Of a DNA stretch of 64,000 bases, positions 20,355-29,583 are shown one piece after another. The position numbers and the translations under genes are program-made. The notes under the pieces are model-generated. The model did no database searches. It had not been told where the DNA came from and saw only the letters and a program-made list of their open reading frames with translations. Origin of the DNA: a virus. Lineage: Duplodnaviria > Caudoviricetes. Positions within the stretch are counted from its first letter, which is position 1. Every line of letters starts with the position of its first letter. The stretch lies in the IMG/VR virus record IMGVR_UViG_3300021387_000688. One strand, given 5' to 3'.

Positions 20355-23300
20355 TTATTTAATGCAATTTAACGCAGTAGTTATATTACCTAATGCAGTT
20401 TTATTACTACTACTATTTTTACCGTTGTCGCTTTCTCCCCAATCATGATTGCATGTAGTCCAAATTGCATTCTGTGTATCATCTACTTTTTTAATCTCTT
20501 CTTCAGTACCTGTAATTGTAATTGTAAGACTGTCTCCTCCTGCATCTGTAACTGCCCATTCATCCCCTGTAATTGAGAATATGCCATCACTTTGCTGTAC
20601 TTTATCAGTAACTTCTACGAGGGCGGCTTTTGTATATGCTATTGTAGTTGCTGTCTTAGTTTTACTTGTTGCGGCACAAATCTTAGTAACACGTACTCTA
20701 ACATGATCCTTTGTATTTACTTCCCATTTATCTAATCCAATATGTCCTATATATCTACTTGGCATATACCATTCATAAGAACCGTCCTGGAAAGTAACTT
20801 TTGCTCCCATTGTTACCATCATATCAGTCCAGTCGTCTCCCCATGTATTGTTATAGGTAATATCATCTCCTTCACCGCTCGTACCCTCTTTTTGTAAAGA
20901 TCTATATACAATCATATATGCAGGTTTAATTTCACTTACCCAACTGAGTTTGGTACCTGGATTTTTAAGACTTGTAATGTCTAAATTGATGTTAAGTGTA
21001 GCAAGATTTACGTTAATATTAGAGGCATCAGAAGTAGCTTTATTTACTGCGTAACTTGTCTTAGATGGAGGAGTTAAAGTACTTGATGTTACTTTTACCC
21101 CCTTGTAAGAGGACTCTGTATATCCTAAATAATACATCTCATTATCGGTAAGTACCTTTCTACTTCCCCCAAGTAATTGCGCAATAGTAAGTTGAGTAAA
21201 TACGTTTTTAGTACCGTAATCACTTAATTTTACAGTTTTACTCATCAAAGTAAGTCCATTTGTATCTTTAAGTACTGTACCAAGGCTTATTTTATCATAC
21301 TTTTTTTCTTTGTTAATTGAGCTTGGTATCTTCGAAACTATCTTATCCCATATACCGGCTCTATTAACAGTGGCGTTAATCTTAAGAGTTCCGCTTATAG
21401 TTACGGCCTGAGAACAATCTACTGCCCCGCTTACATAATCTGGAGCAATACTCATATACTTATGAATTGGAATATCCTCATTAAGAGTATATTTTTTAGT
21501 TGCAAATGATGCATCCTCAGTATCTTTATATTTCACTACATATGAATTACTATTTGCTTTAAATTCAAAGTACTTATTAGTTGGGTCCCCAAACATATTA
21601 AATTGAGGGTCATTAATGATACCTTTCAACTCATCAGAAGTAATTTTAAATTTACCTATAGTATCCTCACTAGCCCTATATTTACCTTTTTTGAATTCGT
21701 CTGTAAGAGGTTTATCGCTTACTAATGTTCTACCCTTATTATAAGTTACAGTTATGGTCTTTACCCCGTTTTGCATTTCGTCAAATTTATCTACAATCTT
21801 AAAAGTTTCATCCATTTGATGTTGCATAGATTCTACAGTTGAATTCAATGCTGTAATCTCAGATTCTTTCTCTGCTAGAGCCTCATCATAGGTAGTTTTC
21901 ATTTGAGATATCTGTGCGTCCTTTTCTTGCAATGCAGTATCGTATGTAGATTTCATTGCCTCAAAAGTTTCTTTTACGGTTTTTCCATTATTCTCTTCAT
22001 CATCCCATTCTTCAGCTTCTTTAATAGCTGCATCTTGTTTTTCATCAATAATCTGTTGAGCCGCAGCTTCTTCTGTAGCTCTTTCTTTTTCTTCTGCTCT
22101 AATATCTGAAGCGGTCTTTCTAAGAGCTTCATCTTGAGATTCATCTTTATCTTTCTGATCAGTCTTATATTGTTCAAAAGCCTCCTGATGAGCTTCCATA
22201 GTACTTCTCCAACCAGCGGCTTCTTTATGGATCTGTACCATATATTCATTAATCTCTCCAAAGAATTCATAATACTTCTGGGCCATTGTAGCATTAAATT
22301 GTTCTCTAGTAACTCCAGAAGGTTTTAAGTCTTCTTCATCAAACCAGTTTCTTAAAGCATTATACAACTCTGGGTATTTTCTCTTATCGTAAAGAGTAAT
22401 ACCATCCATCAATGCAAAACCTTTTTCTGGCAAACCTCTATTAGAAGGTTTAATATATCCAAGAGGGAAATTACCTGAGTAATCTCTCAAAGGTTCTTTT
22501 ACATCTACTATGAAATAATTACAACTTTCAGCAATTCCAATTGGTACATTAAAATCATACCAATATTGAGGGCGGGCAGTTATTCTACCATTAAGCCCAA
22601 GATAATATTGAGTGCCTGGCTTAAGATTACCCATGGTAACCATTCTACCCATTCTCAATACTTTAATTACATCACCTTTTTTATGTATACCAGTCTGGTT
22701 TGTTAATACAACACCAATTACGTTTAATCTTGATGCATCTCTAACATCTGCAAGAATTGCTTGTCCTGCTTCTGCAGTCTGCCCATGTTCAATCTTTCTA
22801 ACATTCATGTAAGGTAATAAATTATGGCTTACATAAACATCATAGTATCCTTCATTTATGTTAGAAGTAATTTCGAATATACCATCTGCAATTTCTTTAG
22901 ATGTAAATTCTATTTCTTCATCTTCGTGATAATTCTGTTGTAATTCTTTTAATCCATCTACAAGCGCACCTCTAATAAGATTAGGAGTAAATACACTCAT
23001 AGGTTCTTTTTGAATTATATTTGCACCTGCATTGCAGAAGGATTTAGAAAGTCTAATATAACCTTCATCATTTGGATCTGCTAAATCATCATAATCAATA
23101 GGTTTACTTACTACAGGAATAATTATTGTATCCCCGTCCAACTTTCTCAATCCAATAAATGCATCTTCAAGCGTTAAATTCTGAGCAGCTTCCCCTACTA
23201 CTCTAATTTCGCAACTAAATGGTCTTGGTTTACCTTCTGCAATAGCAACTACTTTAACTTCATCATAAATACCTGTATTTAAAGCTTTGTTATAAGAAGG

Positions 23301-24305
23301 TTCTCCTCTTTCATTTAATCTTGCAAAATCTGGTTCACCATTAGTACTATCATAGCCACCGGTTTCGTCTTCCAAATCTACATCTTGTTTAACTTTATTG
23401 AAATAAATATCTTCACCTAAAGTTACTAAGAATTGAGTATTGTCAATTGGACCTCTAGTATCTCCAGTGATGTTCAATTCAATGGTTACTACTTCATCTT
23501 CGGCTCCATCTGTTGTAGGGGCATCTGTTAAATAACCTACTTGAATTGTATTTTTTGTATTGTAAATAGAATCTGAATAATCCCAAGTAAACCATGCTTT
23601 ACCATCTACTTCTGCATCTGCTTTTCTAGAAGTATCTAAATGGTCTGTATCGTGAAGGTCTCCTTCTTTATCGTAACCTGTATGAGAACCTCTATTATCT
23701 AATTTTCCATCTTCTTCAAGAGAAAGGGTTTCAATAGATTTTCTAATGTATAAAGGTTGTCCACGTACTTGATCAAAATTGAATTCTGATTTTTCTTTTT
23801 CGTATTTACCTGTAATCTGATCGAAAGGAATAGCTTTGTAAGCATCTATATCAATAAATACTTCTCTATCTTTTCTAGTTTCAAAATCAGGGTGTTTTGT
23901 TGTAAGGAATGAGAATTTACCACGACTCTGTACACTAACAATTTGTCCAGGCTCTGCGTAGTTCATTGCAATACCTAAACAAGTATCATCTACGTCAGGG
24001 TCTGTTATTTTACAATATGCATATGAATCGTTTTCTGGGTCCCAACCATCTGGAGTATTACCAGTAGGGTCCCAAATACCTTCAAACTTATCTTTGAAAG
24101 CTTGTAAATCTTTTTTCTGTGCAATAGAAATTGGCTGACCACGTTTAATGGTCTCTACAGCATAATATCTTGACTCTGGAATAAGTTGTGCTTTAGCTCC
24201 ATCTTTATCGATGTAGTTAAAATTATCATTTCTCTTATTTACGTAAAATGCTCCAGGTCTTATTTTATTGGTTAAATCGTCATGACGGCCTTTGATAAGT
24301 TCCAC
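20355..24305 (-). CDS. tail fibre protein with tail-collar domain and coiled coil
   Basis: FPLGYIKP...PEKGFALMDG.TLYD...YPELYNAL collar motif; GxA...G..V.V...G and LKPGTQYYL..NG fibre/cement-like repeats; heptad region ~21790-22300; GTG start with SD GAGGA. Confidence 0.7.
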   Translation of the reverse strand: MELIKGRHDDLTNKIRPGAFYVNKRNDNFNYIDKDGAKAQLIPESRYYAVETIKRGQPISIAQKKDLQAFKDKFEGIWDPTGNTPDGWDPENDSYAYCKITDPDVDDTCLGIAMNYAEPGQIVSVQSRGKFSFLTTKHPDFETRKDREVFIDIDAYKAIPFDQITGKYEKEKSEFNFDQVRGQPLYIRKSIETLSLEEDGKLDNRGSHTGYDKEGDLHDTDHLDTSRKADAEVDGKAWFTWDYSDSIYNTKNTIQVGYLTDAPTTDGAEDEVVTIELNITGDTRGPIDNTQFLVTLGEDIYFNKVKQDVDLEDETGGYDSTNGEPDFARLNERGEPSYNKALNTGIYDEVKVVAIAEGKPRPFSCEIRVVGEAAQNLTLEDAFIGLRKLDGDTIIIPVVSKPIDYDDLADPNDEGYIRLSKSFCNAGANIIQKEPMSVFTPNLIRGALVDGLKELQQNYHEDEEIEFTSKEIADGIFEITSNINEGYYDVYVSHNLLPYMNVRKIEHGQTAEAGQAILADVRDASRLNVIGVVLTNQTGIHKKGDVIKVLRMGRMVTMGNLKPGTQYYLGLNGRITARPQYWYDFNVPIGIAESCNYFIVDVKEPLRDYSGNFPLGYIKPSNRGLPEKGFALMDGITLYDKRKYPELYNALRNWFDEEDLKPSGVTREQFNATMAQKYYEFFGEINEYMVQIHKEAAGWRSTMEAHQEAFEQYKTDQKDKDESQDEALRKTASDIRAEEKERATEEAAAQQIIDEKQDAAIKEAEEWDDEENNGKTVKETFEAMKSTYDTALQEKDAQISQMKTTYDEALAEKESEITALNSTVESMQHQMDETFKIVDKFDEMQNGVKTITVTYNKGRTLVSDKPLTDEFKKGKYRASEDTIGKFKITSDELKGIINDPQFNMFGDPTNKYFEFKANSNSYVVKYKDTEDASFATKKYTLNEDIPIHKYMSIAPDYVSGAVDCSQAVTISGTLKINATVNRAGIWDKIVSKIPSSINKEKKYDKISLGTVLKDTNGLTLMSKTVKLSDYGTKNVFTQLTIAQLLGGSRKVLTDNEMYYLGYTESSYKGVKVTSSTLTPPSKTSYAVNKATSDASNINVNLATLNINLDITSLKNPGTKLSWVSEIKPAYMIVYRSLQKEGTSGEGDDITYNNTWGDDWTDMMVTMGAKVTFQDGSYEWYMPSRYIGHIGLDKWEVNTKDHVRVRVTKICAATSKTKTATTIAYTKAALVEVTDKVQQSDGIFSITGDEWAVTDAGGDSLTITITGTEEEIKKVDDTQNAIWTTCNHDWGESDNGKNSSSNKTALGNITTALNCIK

Positions 24306-24365
24306 TGTAATATCCTCACAAAAATTATTAAATCAATTAGTGGAAACTTTGCCGTAAATAAAAAT

Positions 24366-24385
24366 AGGGGTACTTTCGTACCCCT
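24366..24385. terminator. intrinsic terminator
   Basis: AGGGGTAC-TTTC-GTACCCCT flanked by A-tracts. Confidence 0.75.
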
Positions 24386-24406
24386 TAAAAACAGAAAAAA
24401 TAGAAT

Positions 24407-25651
24407 TTATGAATAACAGTCCAGAAGTTTACTAATGAACAAGTCCTTCGTAAAGAATCCGTCTGTATTAAGTTTGAAAATGGCGTCCTTAAGCTTCTGA
24501 TAATTTACACCCTGTGAAAGTTTTGTAGCACGATTGAAAGAAGCTCTTTCTCCACCATCCGTGTTAGCATCTGTAATTTTCAATTCTTCTGAACCGTCTT
24601 TCTTAACTTTAGTTGTTCCAATTCTTCCGAATACTCTTACCATCTCTGCTCTACGAATTTCAGACATCATAATCTGATAAACTGTTACGTAGTTATCTTT
24701 TGTGATAGATGCTAACTGCATAAACGCGTCGTCAGTTTTTGCATTTGTTGCAATAGATAATGTTACGTCAAGTACTTTTGTCTCTGGAATAAATCCAAAC
24801 ATTCTACCAATTGCACTTGGATCAAATGTCTTTGTTTCAATACACTGCTGAAGAATACGAGTTGCATTTCTAATAGAACCTACAGCTCCTTCTGCCATAG
24901 CTTTTACACCTTCAAGACAGAAATCTTTTCCCCCGTTTGCAATCATCCATTTCCAAAGATTTTCACCCTGATACTCATTTGCTACTGCAAAGTCGTGAAT
25001 ATATTTCATCAAATCTGAAACACTCAGATCTGAAAACTTGAATAAGTTACATCTAGAAACAAATCCTGCCGCACCTGCTTTTCTTGTTTTAGAACCATTA
25101 AGTTCTGTTTCTACGTTAGTTGAGTTTGTTCCAATCTCATCCATTGAAGTAAAGATCCAATTTGTCTTTGCGTCAGGTCTTTCCAACTCTCTCAACAATG
25201 CATCAATTGCACCCTGAGATTTTAACAATTCCTGAATTTCTTCAAAGATGATTACTTTTCTCTTTCCCCAGAAAGGCTGTTCTTTTGATTTTTCAACTAA
25301 TGCTTTTACAGCATCTACCTGAGAAGTAAATTTACCATCTGAGTTTAAAGTATCAGCTCCAATTACTTTTACATCGCGGGAATATTTACCTTCCAATACT
25401 GCTTTACAATCTGGACAATCTCCGCATGGATTTCCATCAGCATCTTTATGCTGACAAACCATTGTCATTGCAATAATTCTTGCAGTTGTTGTTTTTCCTG
25501 TTCCATATTTACCCATCAAAAGAATACCACGAGGCCATTTATCATCTTTTGCATGAGTTGCTACGAAATCTTTAAGTAATGTACATCCATGTACTTCAGA
25601 CATCTTAGTTGGTCTTGCGTCAATTGCCCACTGTTTTCCTGTTAAATCCAT
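24407..25651 (-). CDS. dnaX: DNA polymerase III gamma/tau-like clamp-loader subunit
   Basis: ARP...EVHG, Walker A GKYGTGKTTTARI, Zn cluster C...PCGDCPDC, Walker B IIFEE, SRC motif. Confidence 0.85.
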   Translation of the reverse strand: MDLTGKQWAIDARPTKMSEVHGCTLLKDFVATHAKDDKWPRGILLMGKYGTGKTTTARIIAMTMVCQHKDADGNPCGDCPDCKAVLEGKYSRDVKVIGADTLNSDGKFTSQVDAVKALVEKSKEQPFWGKRKVIIFEEIQELLKSQGAIDALLRELERPDAKTNWIFTSMDEIGTNSTNVETELNGSKTRKAGAAGFVSRCNLFKFSDLSVSDLMKYIHDFAVANEYQGENLWKWMIANGGKDFCLEGVKAMAEGAVGSIRNATRILQQCIETKTFDPSAIGRMFGFIPETKVLDVTLSIATNAKTDDAFMQLASITKDNYVTVYQIMMSEIRRAEMVRVFGRIGTTKVKKDGSEELKITDANTDGGERASFNRATKLSQGVNYQKLKDAIFKLNTDGFFTKDLFISKLLDCYS

Positions 25652-25723
25652 AAATCTTATTCCTCTTTCTGTTTTAATTTCTTTTCAATATATAAAAGGT
25701 TTTCAAAACATTTACAACAATTT

Positions 25724-25756
25724 TTTGAAAAAGTGGCCTCCTTTTTTAACGATATT
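25724..25756 (+). promoter_or_regulatory. GAAA-N20-GATATT class promoter
   Basis: TTTGAAA-aagtggcctccttttttaaC-GATATT. Confidence 0.55.
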
Positions 25757-25788
25757 ATATATGTAAGCAAATTAATCTGGAGTAGATT

Positions 25789-26463
25789 ATGTCTAAGAAG
25801 GTATACAGCATTGTAGTTAAAAGAGAATGGGATGTAGATACCCGTGATGGTAAAGTCCATTTTGTAGAACATGTGTCCAAACCTATCAACTGTTATAAGG
25901 TATCTGATGTTACTCGTGGAGACCCTGTTAGAGTAGTTGCAGGTAAGAAAGTTCCTATAGGAACTGAAGGCGTTGTAAAAACGGTTTGTATAAATAAATA
26001 TTCAAGTGATGTAACTCACAACCCTTCCGTATTTATTACTTTACCAGATGGCACTGAAGTAAAAACTGTAGGTCATAACCTTATCAATTTGAAAAATGTA
26101 GGGGCTGAAGATTGTATTACAGAATGGCCTTCTTTTGAAGATTTTTGCGAAAGTAGTAAGAATAATCAAGAACAAATCAAACCAATGTGGTATATTGATA
26201 AAGAACTTAATGTTAAAAGTACCGGATTGCCAAATATGGAAGATTATAAGATGTTAAATCTTGACACTTTAGATAAATCTTATAAATCCCTTTTATATAA
26301 TAAAAAACAAGATACATATGCAGTAGTAGAGTTTGCAAAAACTTTTACTCCTGGTAATGTAATAAGTTTTAAGCAGTATGGAACTGCCAGCCGTTTTAGA
26401 GATATCTTTGGCGGGGATGATGGTAGAAAAGAAGCAGAGTTAAATTACAACATGTTAAGTTAA
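25789..26463 (+). CDS. hypothetical protein, paralog of 42543..43310
   Basis: GDPVRVVAGKKVPIGTEGVVK...NPSVFITLPDGTEVKTVGHNLIN; SD GGAG. Confidence 0.75.
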   Translation: MSKKVYSIVVKREWDVDTRDGKVHFVEHVSKPINCYKVSDVTRGDPVRVVAGKKVPIGTEGVVKTVCINKYSSDVTHNPSVFITLPDGTEVKTVGHNLINLKNVGAEDCITEWPSFEDFCESSKNNQEQIKPMWYIDKELNVKSTGLPNMEDYKMLNLDTLDKSYKSLLYNKKQDTYAVVEFAKTFTPGNVISFKQYGTASRFRDIFGGDDGRKEAELNYNMLS

Positions 26464-26487
26464 AAATAAATAATTAAAAAATGTTTC

Positions 26488-26515
26488 AAGCCTATCGAAA
26501 GATAGGCTTTTCTTT
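26488..26515 (+). terminator. intrinsic terminator
   Basis: AAGCCTATC-GAAA-GATAGGCTTTTCTTTT. Confidence 0.85.
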
Positions 26516-26526
26516 TACCTAAATTC

Positions 26527-26660
26527 AATTGAAATGTATGAGGGTGGGTTTTTCAGGGAACGGGTCTAACTCTATATATTATAAAGATTTAACTGAAATG
26601 TATGGGCGTAAAAATATTCCTTAAAAATATTTTTTAAAATTTAAATTTTATATATAAAAT
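26527..26660. repeat. two AAYTGAAATGTATG direct repeats plus a near-pure A/T tract (candidate origin/operator region)
   Basis: repeats at 26527-26540 and 26591-26604; A/T tract ~26609-26660. Confidence 0.4.
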
Positions 26661-26713
26661 GTTTGTTACTTTTTTACATCTCTTATTTGGAACCTCCCGC
26701 TATATATTCTTAT

Positions 26714-27268
26714 ATGATTAAACTTAGAATTAAACTACCAGATGAAAAAGGTTTTGAATTTGAATATCCTTTATCTGAAGATGAACTTATTGTAGTGCAA
26801 GGTAATAGCACTAACCCTCCTATCATAAATAAAAACATATATGAATGGTATAAAGATGTAGACGGCCTTGACATATATTTTGATTTAGCTTCAGCTCTAA
26901 CAGGTCGCCAGAAAAATGAATATGCAGAATTATTTTTTTTAATCATTGCATCTGCAGATTCAAAAGGAAAAGTACTTTGTACTCAACAATATAAAAACGA
27001 AGAAGAATTTTTAGAGCGTTTTAATAAATATCTTAAGAAATGGCGTCTTCCAAAAACCGCTAATAAATTACCTTCAGATATTTGTCTTAATGTTTTAGCC
27101 GCAGTACATTATAGCAGAAGTGGTAAAAACTTTTTGGAAGTAACTGAGGAGCTCATTCCATATATTGTACCTATAACTAATGAAGTAGACGAAGGTCACA
27201 ATGAAGGATTAGTTGAAGAAGTAAAACCTGCAGAAGGTGATGCAGAATCCCATCCAGTAGAAAATTAA
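26714..27268 (+). CDS. hypothetical protein
   Basis: Start refined to ATG 26714, 7 nt after CTATATA (leaderless). Confidence 0.65.
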   Translation: MIKLRIKLPDEKGFEFEYPLSEDELIVVQGNSTNPPIINKNIYEWYKDVDGLDIYFDLASALTGRQKNEYAELFFLIIASADSKGKVLCTQQYKNEEEFLERFNKYLKKWRLPKTANKLPSDICLNVLAAVHYSRSGKNFLEVTEELIPYIVPITNEVDEGHNEGLVEEVKPAEGDAESHPVEN

Positions 27269-27400
27269 GTAAATTACTAGGGCACCTGCACTATATAATT
27301 ATTATTAACATTTAGATGTAACTTGAGCAACCTTTCCAAAACAAATTAAGATTTTGTTTTTGGATTAAAATTATGTTCACCTTACGTCAAGGAGTTTTAT

Positions 27401-28720
27401 ATGTTACAAGAAGAAGAAGTAGACTTTGACGCCTACACCGCAGCAGTTGAAGAGAAAGAGCAGTCTGATGCTCAGAACAATCAGAACAACCAGGGATTTG
27501 AATTCCCAACATGTGTACAAGTTGGTTCTAAAGCCATTGTACGTTTCGTAAACGGTATTGCAGAAACTGCAACAGATCAAGGCAAACCAGGTTCAGGTCG
27601 CGCAAAATTATTCAATATGGGTTGGGTAAAAGATGACGCCGGTAAGAACTTCCCACTCTGCCTCCCACCAATCGTTCAGAACAAGCCAATGTATCCTCAC
27701 ATCATGTACGACTTTATTGACAAAGTATTGTCTCGTACTTGGGTAGAAAATCCAGATCCTTCAAAGAAAGGTTCTTGGAAGTATTTCTATGCAGATAGAG
27801 ATGACTACGGTGCAAAGAGTTCTGGAGAAATGACTTTGAAAGACATTTATTGGAATGTATTCAAGTCAGGTCACAAAGAAGGCGAACAGTATTACGAATC
27901 CCAGAAGACTTGGAGAGGACAGACTGTTTATGTTGCAAATGTAATTGATAGAAATGATTACAAGTGGCACCAGGAAAACAAGAAAACAAAGTTGTTGATG
28001 AGATCTTTGAAGCTTAAGGGCGATAGATTGAATCATAAGGAAGTTTCTTTGTATGCAATCGGTGGTCCACTTCAGGAACTTGCTGACAATCATGGTTTCA
28101 AATTGAACTACGATGTTTTGATCGTTCCAGGAGAAAAGTCTCTTGATAAGTTCAAGTTGTACAATGTTACAAAACTTAAGAACATCAATTACTGGGATGA
28201 TGTAAGCAAGATTATCACAGAAGCTGATAAGAATGTAATTTCTACAAACACAGGATTTACAGCTGAAGAAGCTACATGGGATACAATCGATATCGATAAG
28301 TATTATCACTATACTTCTTACACAACAATCCTTAAGCACTTCGGAAAGACAATTCGTTGCTTCGATGACATGGTAGGAACAACTTTCTACGATCAGATGA
28401 AAGTAGAAGCTGATAGAGAAGCAGCTGAAAGAAAAGCTCGCCAGGAAGCTAAGAAAGCAGCAGAAGGAACAGCTGAAGCTACCCCAGCTACAGAATCAAA
28501 ACCAACTGTAGCAGAAAGCATTCCAGCTTCTCAGCCACAGCAGTCTATTGTAACTCCAAAAGAGGAGCCAAAGCCAGTTGAAACAACTGTAGTATCTTCA
28601 ACTCCATCTTTTGACAACATGCAGTCAGTTCCAACTGATAAGCCAGAAGAGATGCCAATCTCTGATGACGCAAAAGAAGATATTTCTAGCTTCTATGATT
28701 CATTGGACGATGACGAATAA
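27401..28720 (+). CDS. single-stranded DNA-binding protein (T4 gp32-like)
   Basis: AIVRFV..., YVANVIDR, YDVLIV OB-fold pattern; Pro/Ala/Glu linker and acidic tail FYDSLDDDE; upstream of helicase loader and helicase. Confidence 0.7.
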   Translation: MLQEEEVDFDAYTAAVEEKEQSDAQNNQNNQGFEFPTCVQVGSKAIVRFVNGIAETATDQGKPGSGRAKLFNMGWVKDDAGKNFPLCLPPIVQNKPMYPHIMYDFIDKVLSRTWVENPDPSKKGSWKYFYADRDDYGAKSSGEMTLKDIYWNVFKSGHKEGEQYYESQKTWRGQTVYVANVIDRNDYKWHQENKKTKLLMRSLKLKGDRLNHKEVSLYAIGGPLQELADNHGFKLNYDVLIVPGEKSLDKFKLYNVTKLKNINYWDDVSKIITEADKNVISTNTGFTAEEATWDTIDIDKYYHYTSYTTILKHFGKTIRCFDDMVGTTFYDQMKVEADREAAERKARQEAKKAAEGTAEATPATESKPTVAESIPASQPQQSIVTPKEEPKPVETTVVSSTPSFDNMQSVPTDKPEEMPISDDAKEDISSFYDSLDDDE

Positions 28721-28747
28721 GTTGTAAAATAATTAAATAATACGTAT

Positions 28748-28774
28748 CACCTAGAGGAAACTCTAGGTGTTTTT
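28748..28774 (+). terminator. intrinsic terminator
   Basis: CACCTAGAG-GAAA-CTCTAGGTG-TTTTT. Confidence 0.85.
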
Positions 28775-28799
28775 CGTTAACACCAACTATAATATTAAC

Positions 28800-29582
28800 A
28801 TGGAATATATAAGATCACCGCACTGTGAATGTGCACAATATTCAGATATTGATTCAGTTTCATTTGAGAAAAGAAAATCCTTAAAGACTTATTGGCAAAA
28901 AGGCTATATCTATACACAAGGCAAAACTACTGAATGTAGTTGCCATAAAAGATTTAGATTAGGTTCAAGGTATGATATCCTTTCTTTACAATTTGGGTTA
29001 CCCTCTTATCAAGATTTAAGTCAATTAAAATATATGGGGCCGGGAGACGCTTATAAGAAATTAAAAGCTGTTCCTGCTATTGTAGATAAACATCCTATAA
29101 GAGATTTGATTGTTTATTGTACAGGTATTGAAGGAAATCAAAAAACAACTTCGGCCGCAAAAGTAATTTACGATATTGTAACATCTAATAAAACTGTAGA
29201 ATATATTTTATTTCCAGATTTGATTAACAAGATGTTAAGTTTTGAATTTGACCAAACCCCTTATTTAACAACAGATTTCTTATTCATTGATGACGTGTTT
29301 GAAGGGGAAACAGTAAACTTCAAAAACACTTACAATGCTTTTTATAATTTGTTACTTAAGAGAAGAAAGCCAACTATTCTTATTTCTTCATGGAATCAGG
29401 AAATGTTATTTTCAGATAAGGGAAAGCAACTTCCTTCTTTTAACCCCGATATGCTAAATAAGATCTTTAACAGGATTAATAATAAGGCTCATAAATCTGT
29501 TATAGAGTTCAATGACAATGTAGAGAAGCTTAGAGTAATGGAACAGATAGGTGATGAGCCTGTAGATTTATGGAGTTTGTAA
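28800..29582 (+). CDS. DnaC/IstB-like helicase loader
   Basis: Start refined to ATG 28800; N-terminal Cys cluster (HCEC...ECSC), variant Walker A GIEGNQKT, Walker B FLFIDD; directly upstream of helicase. Confidence 0.7.
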   Translation: MEYIRSPHCECAQYSDIDSVSFEKRKSLKTYWQKGYIYTQGKTTECSCHKRFRLGSRYDILSLQFGLPSYQDLSQLKYMGPGDAYKKLKAVPAIVDKHPIRDLIVYCTGIEGNQKTTSAAKVIYDIVTSNKTVEYILFPDLINKMLSFEFDQTPYLTTDFLFIDDVFEGETVNFKNTYNAFYNLLLKRRKPTILISSWNQEMLFSDKGKQLPSFNPDMLNKIFNRINNKAHKSVIEFNDNVEKLRVMEQIGDEPVDLWSL

Positions 29583-29583
29583 T

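Noticed and set aside
2441-24305. Diversity-generating retroelement or invertible fibre cassette
   Set aside because: No reverse transcriptase or recombinase, and no near-identical TR/VR pair seen; paralogy is only at diverged protein level
26527-26604. ATTGAAAT resembles a CRISPR repeat 3' end
   Set aside because: Only two 14-nt copies 64 nt apart; no 28-37 nt repeat-spacer array and no cas genes
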